A program made the position numbers and the translations under genes. A stretch of 64,000 bases of DNA from Candidatus Levybacteria bacterium RIFCSPHIGHO2_01_FULL_37_17 (GTDB lineage Bacteria > Patescibacteriota > Microgenomatia > Levybacterales > UBA12049): assembly GCA_001782035.1 (NCBI GenBank), contig MFNL01000004.1:9290-73289 (forward strand), given 5' to 3'. The notes beneath the pieces are model-generated. The model worked only from the letters and a program-made list of their open reading frames with translations. It had not been told where the DNA came from and did no database searches. Below, piece by piece: positions 1 through 9,600 of the stretch. The stretch's first letter is position 1; every line of letters starts with the position of its first letter.

Positions 1-1883
1 TTATCCTTATTGTCTGAAACCAGTTGTTTTACTTGCTCAAGTGCCACCTTTGCATTTTGTAAGTCTCCTTTTTGCCAATATGCAAAACCTAAATTATAGT
101 AAGCATTTGGTAAATCAGGCTTCAAATTAATTGCTGTTTGAAACTGTTCTATAGCCCTATCCCAGGCCTGAAGCTGGTAATAAATACCTCCCAAGTTTAT
201 GTATTCCTGCGGGTTTGTCGGGTCAAAAATCGCTGATTGTTGGGCAGCAAGTATGGCAAAGGAGTCGGCGTTATCTCCAAAACCAATTAAGCTTCTGTAA
301 ACTGCCGATAAATTCTGCCAGTTTGCGGCATTATACTGCGAAATTGTTGTTGCGCGCCTCGCCGAATTAATAGATTGCTGCACCAGGGAATAAATTGTCT
401 GTTGTTGCTGGGCAGAAGGGGACGAGCCTTGCGGAATTGAGCTAGAAAGAGAATTTGCAAGAGCAAGGTTTGTTTGGGAAAAAAGCCGATGATAGGAATC
501 TACATAGTTTCCGGTTAGACTGTTAAGGGATTGTAGCTGATTGTTGTAAGTTTCGTTTCCGTTATTTGCTCTTGCAAAAACGAGCGATTTTTGAAAAGTA
601 GTATTTGCCTGCACAAAATTAAAGGTTAAAAAGCCAAATAATGCCGTAAAAAGAAGAATTAAAACGAATATAATGGTAGAAAGCGTCCTTCCAAACCTCT
701 CGTTACCGGCGCCTTCCGATAATACAAAATAGCCTCGTTTTGATACATTCAACGAAAGCTCAAGTTCGGAATAATTTGCACCTCCGGTAAGGTTTTTAAA
801 GGAAGCGTAAAGGCCAAGAAGGAAGAAAAATAGCACCAAATGGAAAAAAGATAGTGGAAGGACAAAAAATGCAACTACTACTACCACCAAAGGAATAAAA
901 GGCTTTTTCTCTCTAACTATTTTGTATGCTAAAAATAAGAATGATGCGAGTCCGACTAAACCGGTTGTTGCTAAAAGTTCCAAAACAAAAGTAGTGGAGC
1001 GGAAGAATGTTAAGTTCCAAATATTGTCAAACTGATTAAAAGCGGCAGACTTAAATCTAAGAAAGCTGATTGCAAATTCGCCGTAACCTGCGCCAAATAA
1101 AAAGCCCGTCAAAAGCCTTTGAGCGTCTTGGGAAATAGCTGCAAATGCAGTTTGAAAACCGGTTGCAAGGGGCAGAATTAATGTAGTAGTAAGTTTTAGT
1201 GTGCTATATAATGATACAGCAAATCCAACTATTGTGATTAGGGTTAATAAAGATAGAAGAATGAGATGAAAATTTCTAGTTTCATTTTGCAAAACATGTT
1301 TCCATTTACCTAAAAAAGGAAATAGAAAATAACCTGCAAAAAGCAAAAGAAATCCCAGATAAATAGTTTGGTCAAGACCGCTTCCGAGTGGCGTAAAAGT
1401 TTGGTTTTTGGCAAAATCGTAGGGAAAAACATATAGTTTGAAGAAATTCAGTATAGAAATGAGTGAAAGCAAAGCTCCTCCCGCAATCAAAGAAAGGGTT
1501 AAAGCATTAAAAGATTTCTGATTTTTTATATTGTATGTTATTGCGTAAAAGGAAATACCCGCAAACATTATCGGTACAAAATTAATTAGGGAATCAAACC
1601 TTGCAACCGATAAAACCGCAGAAATTCCAAGCGCTATTATAAATAGTAATATTGGAAGGTCAAAAGGAGTTCTGCTTACCGGAAGTTTTTCCAAAATCAG
1701 AGTTTTAACTCCGTATAAAAGCAATAGAGCCAAAACGACAAAAATTAAGAGTGCTTGCTTAGGCAGTATAAATAAATCGGTTGTTATATCAGTAAAGAGA
1801 AGCGGGAAGACTACAAAGAGTCCGCCAAGCAAGGCAAGCGATGCTTTTTCTATTAATAAAGCCAGTTTTTCTTTTTCTCTCAT
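1..1883 (-). CDS. O-antigen ligase (Wzy_C)-like polytopic membrane protein with C-terminal TPR repeats; start codon at 1883, C-terminus runs off the window edge
   Basis: Hand translation of the minus strand from ATG 1881-1883 (MREKEKLALLIEKAS...) gives an uninterrupted reading frame of more than 620 aa. It has many TM helices, a Wzy_C-like stretch (LELLATTGLVGLASFLFLAY) and a C-terminal TPR-like tail (NLGGIYYQLQAWDRAIEQFQTAINLKPDLPNAYYNLGFAYWQKGD). It is a paralog of the 827-aa ORF at 55789-58272. It is absent from the ORF track because it is partial. Confidence 0.55.
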   Translation of the reverse strand, partial: MREKEKLALLIEKASLALLGGLFVVFPLLFTDITTDLFILPKQALLIFVVLALLLLYGVKTLILEKLPVSRTPFDLPILLFIIALGISAVLSVARFDSLINFVPIMFAGISFYAITYNIKNQKSFNALTLSLIAGGALLSLISILNFFKLYVFPYDFAKNQTFTPLGSGLDQTIYLGFLLLFAGYFLFPFLGKWKHVLQNETRNFHLILLSLLTLITIVGFAVSLYSTLKLTTTLILPLATGFQTAFAAISQDAQRLLTGFLFGAGYGEFAISFLRFKSAAFNQFDNIWNLTFFRSTTFVLELLATTGLVGLASFLFLAYKIVREKKPFIPLVVVVVAFFVLPLSFFHLVLFFFLLGLYASFKNLTGGANYSELELSLNVSKRGYFVLSEGAGNERFGRTLSTIIFVLILLFTALFGFLTFNFVQANTTFQKSLVFARANNGNETYNNQLQSLNSLTGNYVDSYHRLFSQTNLALANSLSSSIPQGSSPSAQQQQTIYSLVQQSINSARRATTISQYNAANWQNLSAVYRSLIGFGDNADSFAILAAQQSAIFDPTNPQEYINLGGIYYQLQAWDRAIEQFQTAINLKPDLPNAYYNLGFAYWQKGDLQNAKVALEQVKQLVSDNKD

Positions 1884-1976
1884 TACTAAGTAGTTGATAT
1901 CTTGTAATTAGTATCTAGCACGTCAAATATAATGTCAAGGATAAAAACTGTTGTGCTATATTAGAAGATAAGCTTA

Positions 1977-3641
1977 ATGAAAAAAACTGTCTTCCTCTTT
2001 CTTGGGATTGGTTTTTTAGTCTACATTCAGTCTCTATTTAATGGGTTTGTTATTGATGATTTGACTCAAGTTGTAAACAATAACGTGCTTTACGGATTTG
2101 ATAAAATTCCCTCGATATTTGTTTACTTTTGGGGAAGCTATTATAAACCTTTATTCTACGTAACATTAAATATTATTTTGACTATTTTTGGCAATAATCC
2201 ATTTCCATTTCACCTAGCTCAGCTCATCTTCCATATTGCAAATACTGTCCTTATATTTCTTCTGTTTTCTAGATTCTTCAAAAAAAATGTAAGTTTTATC
2301 TTGGCTTTAATTTTTCTAGTTCACCCTGCAATTTCGGAAGCAGTTTTGTATATTTCAGCTTTTCAAGATGTTTTATACTCATTTTTTGGACTTATTGCTT
2401 TAAATATTCTAGTACGCTTCGAAAAACCAAAATACACGGCATTGGTATTTTTCTTTTTGATTCTTTCACTACTTTCTAAAGAAACCGGCATTGCATTTTT
2501 CGGCATTGCAGTTGTTTATAAATTTCTTTTTGATAGGACAAATTTTGTCAGATATCTAATATACTCCTCTTTAATTGTTGGAGTTTATGTTTTTATAAGG
2601 ATTGGAATTTTGAACATTAATCCTTTTAATTCCGCTTTTAAGCCAATTTGGACTTATGATTCAGATATTTATACTAGATTAATCAGTATTCCGAAAATTA
2701 TTTATAAATACTTAACGCTCTTTGTCTGGCCGGATAAGCTTCAGGTGATACAACTTTGGTGGGTTAGAAAAGTAAATTTTCAAGATTTTTACTTGCCATT
2801 AACTGCAATTACAGTTTTTTTTAGCGTAGTTAGTTTATATGGTATACGTAAATATCTATTATTAAAGAAAGAATCATTTCCGTATTTGTTTTTTCTTGCT
2901 TTTCTTGTAATAGGACTTCTTCTTCATATTCAAATTATTGCCTTAGATGCGACTTTTGCCGAACGCTGGTTTTATCTTCCCCTTATTGCTCTTTTAGGAC
3001 TTGTCGGATTTATCCTAAACCGAATTAAATTCAATTCAGGCACGAAAAAGATTTTTTATGTGTTGGCAATACTGATAATAATGCTTCTTTCTACCAGAAC
3101 TTTTATAAGATCATTTGATTGGTTAGGCCATAAAAGTTTAGCAGTTCACGACTTTGAGGTAGATAAATTAAATCCAGGAACCTATTTCTTGCTGGCCGAC
3201 TATTACATGGGGAATAAACAGTACGCAGATGCATATAAACTCTATACAAAAGTAGGGGAAATTGCACCTAAAAATGAAATTGTGGACAGTCCGTTGGCTT
3301 TTATCGAACTTTTCAGGGGAAATGAAAAAAAAGCGGAAGAAATACTACGAAACTCCCCTAAGACAATCTTACCTAATCTGCTGAATTATGCATACATATT
3401 ACTTAAGTCGGATCCTAAGGCAGGAAAGGTTCTTTTAGTTAATTCATTAAAAAAATTTCCAGATAGCTACGAAATTAATATATTACTTGGTCTAACAGAG
3501 TATAATTTAGGAAACAAGGAAGAAGCAGTTAAGTATATTAAAAAAGCTATAACCCTAAACAGGTCAAAGACAGCTGAATATAATATGCTTTTAAACTCAA
3601 TTGATAAAAATATTCCAATAAATATAAATTATAAACTGTAG
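1977..3641 (+). CDS. GT-C type membrane glycosyltransferase-like protein (PMT/TMTC/DUF1736-like N-terminal domain with FVIDD motif) with C-terminal TPR repeats
   Basis: Track ORF of 554 aa. The N-terminal 400 aa are polytopic with an early luminal-loop acidic motif (NGFVIDD). The C-terminal 150 aa are TPR-like (YYMGNKQYADAYKLY..., LGLTEYNLGNKEEAVKYIKKAI). Confidence 0.5.
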   Translation: MKKTVFLFLGIGFLVYIQSLFNGFVIDDLTQVVNNNVLYGFDKIPSIFVYFWGSYYKPLFYVTLNIILTIFGNNPFPFHLAQLIFHIANTVLIFLLFSRFFKKNVSFILALIFLVHPAISEAVLYISAFQDVLYSFFGLIALNILVRFEKPKYTALVFFFLILSLLSKETGIAFFGIAVVYKFLFDRTNFVRYLIYSSLIVGVYVFIRIGILNINPFNSAFKPIWTYDSDIYTRLISIPKIIYKYLTLFVWPDKLQVIQLWWVRKVNFQDFYLPLTAITVFFSVVSLYGIRKYLLLKKESFPYLFFLAFLVIGLLLHIQIIALDATFAERWFYLPLIALLGLVGFILNRIKFNSGTKKIFYVLAILIIMLLSTRTFIRSFDWLGHKSLAVHDFEVDKLNPGTYFLLADYYMGNKQYADAYKLYTKVGEIAPKNEIVDSPLAFIELFRGNEKKAEEILRNSPKTILPNLLNYAYILLKSDPKAGKVLLVNSLKKFPDSYEINILLGLTEYNLGNKEEAVKYIKKAITLNRSKTAEYNMLLNSIDKNIPININYKL

Positions 3642-3657
3642 CTTATTCCTGTTTTGC

Positions 3658-6600
3658 TTAATTTATTATCAAGAAATTGAATTTAACATCAATTGGTACT
3701 GGCACGCTTATTCCTACAGTAAAGCTTTCTTGCGGCAATTGTCTTAAAAGATAAAGTGATTGACCCAGGGTTTGACTAACAGGTGTCACATAAATAAGTG
3801 AGTTCTCCGTTACAAGGGTGTTTTTAACAGTTATTTCGCTCTTATTAGCTTTTAGTGTTATTGTTCCGGCAGATCCCGTTGCTAAGACTTCATTTCCGGC
3901 AGCCAAAGCCTGCTGAGCGATAGATAAATTGAGCTTAGAAAATGTCCCGGCGCCTGATGCAACTAAATTTCCCAGACTATCAACTTTAAGGACTTCATCG
4001 GTTTCATTCTGAATTCTTAATTCTGAATTCTTAATTCCTATGTTGTTAGCATATAACGTTCCCTCAACGGTAACATCGCTTCCAAACTTGGCATCTCCAT
4101 TAGGGTCGATGTAAATTAAACCCGCCATAATTGAAATTCCTCCTTGTCTAAGGGGTTGCAGGTTTAAATCCGAACCTAGTATATTTATTGAGTTTTCCGC
4201 CAAAATTAGAGTCCCATTTATTGCAAGCTGTCCTACAATTGAAGTATCGGAAAGGGTAGTAATTCCATAAGTTGTAAGTCCTTGGCTAAATACAGCGGTC
4301 TGTGAATTCAAATTATCAACATAAGCAAGTTGACTAGAAAAAGTAGCGATATTTATGTAGTTACTAGATGCTAGTTCATAGTTACTAGTTCCGGAGGAAC
4401 TTGCTGACAGAGTTGGAAAAGGCTCACTAGTTGCTGCCTGTGAAGCAGTATAATAGTTATTCGTAACATAATTTGCCGAAAGAGTTGCCGTTTGTATATT
4501 TAATCCTTCTATCTGATCGGCAATTATTCTTTGAGCCCGCAGTGTTCCGGATAGAGTGGCATTGTTTGCACTAATATTTCCGCTTGAGTCAATAGATGCA
4601 ACAGCCGATCCGCTCGCGTTTTGAATCTCAAGCTTCGACTCACCCTTGTTATCATTTAGTTTTATTGCAATTTTTGCATCCGGATTTTTAGCCAACGGGT
4701 TAAGCAGATTTGTGCTTATCTGTTCGCTTGATGCAATTGGTGAAATTAATTGTTGCTGTGTGATTGTTTCATTGACAACTCTAGCTATATAATTTCTTAA
4801 ACTTTGACCTGCAATAGTCACAGAATCGGCAGTTACATTTAGCGAACTTGTAGTAATGCTTCCTATATTAGCCGATCCCGTTACTACGATATTTCTTGTA
4901 TTAATAATGCCCGATCGTATGTTTCCAATAAAGGCCTCCGCAAGCCCTGCGATTCTAGTTATATTTCTTCCCGACTCTTTTACTATAAATTGGTCCGGAT
5001 TCTGCTCAATAATACTCAGATTTCCGGAGTTACTTATAGCTAGATCGGCTTCGATATTTACCATTTTTGTTTTTTGGCCTTCTATCTGAAGTTGCTGGTC
5101 CTGTACACCCTTGACGATTAAAGGGGTTATCCTTCCATAATCTATTCCCCATGGATTACTTTTAAAATCATCCCCATTTGTTCCAGGGGAGACTGCAAAT
5201 TCATAAGCTTCATACAATTCCTGTGCTATAAAACCAGTTACTCGTGATTCATCAGAGATCCATGTGAAATCTCTAACTTTAATTTTCATTAAATCATCTA
5301 TGGTAAAATGAGTGTTTACTATATCCTTCTTTAATCTTGCATCTGAGGATGTTTCAAAAAAGGTACAATTACCCGCACATCCTTCTATATTCCCCTGGTT
5401 AACCTCATCGCTATCGCGAAAAGCTACAAACCAAGTATTCGCGGTACTGTCAGCAACTCCTGCCTGAATTAGCATTACATTCTGGTTGGCATTTGTGTTT
5501 GTATTTTCTACTGCTAATACCCAGCAGCTTGCGCATGCGCTTGAACTGCGGTTATAGGAAATGTCAACGTCTGTTGCGCTGTCAACAGTAGCATTAAAAA
5601 TAGCGCCGCCGTCTACTGTTAAGGCGCCTGAAAAGGCGCCTGTCGTAGCTGTAAAACTGATTGTCCCGTTGGTATTATTATCAATCGTTTCACCATTTTG
5701 AAGATTAATGTCTGTGGTAACCCCGGTGTTTGAAATGCTTATCGCAGTTGTAGCTGCGCCTGAGAGAGTGAAAGCTGTTCCGGTAGCATTACTTGAAATG
5801 TTTCCAGTTGAACTTACCTGGAAGTCATCTCCGTTTCCAACCGTGAAGAGAGCTGCCGGTGATGTATCTCCGATCCCCACATTACCGTTGTATTCAATTG
5901 TCAGCAAATTCGTAGCATCATATCTCCAGTCAATAAAAGCTGAAGAGGCAGTGTCTCGTGCCACAAGATGAAACGGTCCGTCGAGCCAACCATAAGGCTG
6001 AAGAGTTAATCTAGAGACTTCACCTGCAGTTCCGGCTGAGGCTATCTGGGAGCCAATATGAACATCAGATGCTCCAGCCGTGACAGCATCTACGGTTCCC
6101 CCATTGTTATCAAATATTGCCTTCCCTGTAAATTTAATGAATCCGTTGGTATTATTATCAATCGTTTCACCATTCTGAAGATTAATATCTGTAGTAACTC
6201 CTGTATTAGTAAAGTTAAGGCCTGTTGTTGCAGCGCCTGCAACAGTTATACCGCCAGTTCCGTCTACTCGTAAATTTGCATTTGTTTCAATATCCCCTTC
6301 AACATACAATTCTTCTGCTGTAGTAGCGATATCACCATCAGTGGATATGTTTCCTATGACAAACAAGCCATCAGATTTAATCTGAGCCCATACTGTGGCC
6401 CCAAAAATACTTGAAAAATATAAATCCTTTGCGCTACCGCTAGTAAGAGCAGATCCCGACTGTATATAATTTGCTGTTGAGTTTGCTGCAACTCTGAAGA
6501 TAGAATCATCAGTTGCAGATGAAAATATATCTACAGAGCCTCCATTTTCTATTTTAAATTTAGTTGTTCCAGAGCTTGAAGCAGTTAGTAAATCCTGATT

Positions 6601-9600
6601 TTCTAACTGGTCAAAAATCGCCAATGCTTTCCCCGTTACTTGCACTGATAATGGTCGAGTGGCGTGGAGCACAGAAATTGGCGTTGCTGTTCCTAATCCA
6701 AATAAATTGCTAGAGTCATTATAAAAAATATTGCTGTTGTCTTCTGCCAAAACTCCGCTTGTTCCTGCAAAAACTACGGAGCCAGCTGTAAAAGTAGTAT
6801 CAATTCCTCCGTCTGCGTAAATCAATCCATCTACCTCAAGCGCGTCTGATACAAGAAGATCGTTGCTCGCGCCAACATTTGCTCCGCCGGCTGTTGCAGT
6901 CCCAATTCTGTTATATGCAACAGCAGTTGAGCCTGCGATTTGAAATACGCCACTTGTTATAAGCGACGTTCCACCGGCAGGGTCTAAAAAGTAGGTAGAA
7001 TCGTTAATGTCATAATATTGCGAACTATAAGTATTCCCGCTGCTATCAATTCTAAATTGCGTAATCCCTGATTTACTTGCCGCGATAATATCTTGATTTT
7101 CTATCTGGTCAAATATAGCCAAAGCCTTACCAGTTGCACCTGCTAAAAGAGGTCTTGTGACATATAATTGCGAAATTGGATTACTATGCCCAATTCCCAC
7201 ATTTCCTTGCCCTTTAACTACAAATCTGGCTACACCACTGTTACTTGCGGTAATTAGATCGCCTGTTTTATCGTTATCAACAACAAGCGCTGCGAATGAA
7301 GTATGAGCAGAAATACTTGCAACCGGATTTGTCCCCTGGAATTTCCCTCCTGCTCCTATTAAGCGAAATGTGGCAGAGCTAGTGGCTTGAGCTCCGAAAA
7401 GGAAATCAACAGTACTGTTATTGGTATAGAGAGCTCCGGATGTTTGATTCCAGAATTCATCTGTTGTTACTCCAGTCCCACAATATCCAAATGCCGGACT
7501 TGTCCCACCAAGCAAACACTGGGATGAAGTTCCTGCTGTAGTCTGTGCTAAAACTCCGCTTCCATTTGTGTACAAAGGCCCACCATTTGAGGTAAAAGCG
7601 GAGAATGTGATTGTGCCGCTTGATGTTATACCTGTTGCCGCTGTAATAGCGCCTGTTGAGTTGATTTGGAAATCATCTCCGTCACCAACTGTAAAAAGGG
7701 AAGCAGGAGATGAGTCTCCGATTCCCACATTTCCTCCTGCAAATATGGCAGAGTAGTTAGTGCTTGATCCGGATTGGGAATCTATATACAAACCGTAAGA
7801 TGTTGTAGTCCCACTCAAACCTTGATTATTGACAAGAACACCGTATTGGGTGGTTGGTTTCAAGGAGCCAAGGGCCACAGGGGAACCTATTCTTGCCGTT
7901 GTCCCATTTGTTACTGCTCCCGAAACAGCACTGTAAACATTTGCAAAGTCTCCTGCAATTGCGTCCGTTATTGTAACACTTGAAGGGGGAGCAAAAAATG
8001 CAGCCAAAAGTCCACCCCTTGCCAGTGCAATGCTGGAGCTTGGAGCAAACGTGGGTGCAACATCTATTCCCGCGGGAATATTACCAGCTCCGTTAAAAGT
8101 ATTTCGCAGCCTTACTGAGGCAGCGTCATTGCTATTAGTTATTGTAGAGGTCACGCTTATTATGCCGACATTTGATCCTGTTGTAGTCAAACTTCCGGAA
8201 ACTACTACTTGACCATTTGCAACATCTAACAGTTGTGAAGGTGTTGTCGTACCAATTCCAACTTTCCCGCTATAACCGTTATTGGGCATAATTATTAATT
8301 GTCCGCTAATTGATGCTTGAGTTTGGTTGCTTAAGTTGGAAAGTCCTGTAAATGCAAATTTAGCACTAGTTGTCGCTTGGCCTCCGATAAGAAGATCAAC
8401 AGTTGAATTGTTAGGATACAAAGCTCCGTTTGTTTGGTTCCAGAAGAAATCAAGACTTTGGCCGGTTGCACAGCTCCCAAAACTGGGAGTCGTTCCACCA
8501 AGCAAACACTGAGTAGTTGTCCCTGCTGTAACTTGAGCAAGCTGCCCGCTTCCATTTGTATACAACGGACCACCATTCGAAGTAAAAGTAGAAAATGTAA
8601 TTGTTGAAGAAGCGGTAATGGTTCCTATATTTAGTAAATTTCCGGAGGAGTCAATTCTTTGCGTGCCCCCACTACCACCAGTATTTATTCCTGTTGTTCC
8701 ATTAAGCGTTGTTCCTTGAAATGTTCCATTTGTTTGAAGATTTCCTCCAATTGCTTTAATAAGATATATACCCCCGTAAAAATTGACTCCTTTCCCATCA
8801 TCTGTAAAGGCTAAGCCGCCGCCTGCAATTGTTACCCTGTCAGTAGGGGAAGCTGTGCCAACGGTTAGATTCCCTCCTGTTCCCGCATTTGGATATACGA
8901 CTAAATTTCCAGAAACTGTTGCAGTAGTTGTTCCGCTATTAACATTTAAAACCGCAAATTTCGCAGAAGTTGTTGATTGTCCGCCTATTAATAAATCTAC
9001 TGTTGAATTGTTAGGATATAGTGCTCCATCAGTTTGGTTCCAATAAAGTTCATTAGAAGGAGTACCTGCAGGACAGCTGCTCCAAGACGGAGCAGAGGCG
9101 CCTGAGAGCAAACACTGTCCTGCCGTATTTGTATTTGCCCCTGTCAAAACTCCTGTTGATACAGTTGCATACAGTACGTTATTGTTAGCGTTAAATCCAC
9201 TGAATGTAATAGTACCTCCCGCGGATAAGTTGTTAAGCCCTGTTACGCTCTGGTTATTTCCCGTTACAGCTCCTGTTAATGTTAGCGCTCCTAAACGTAG
9301 AGTACCACCGGAGGCTGAAATATCGTGATTTCCGGTGGCTGTAAAGGTTAAATCTGAATCTGCACCGCTTAAAGTAAGCCCAGTCGTGCCCTGAAGAGTC
9401 GAATCTCCGGCTAAAGTTTCGTTTCCGCTGTTATCAATTGTAAACTGGGCAATGCCTGAAGCTGATGCGCTAATAATAGGACCGGTTGAGTCTTGGTTAA
9501 TAGTAAATGCGCTTCTGCCGGAGCTTGTGGCAAGAACTGAGAACTCATCATTTATTTGTACGCTTCCGGGTACTGTTGAAATATTTCCTGAATTTGAGTT

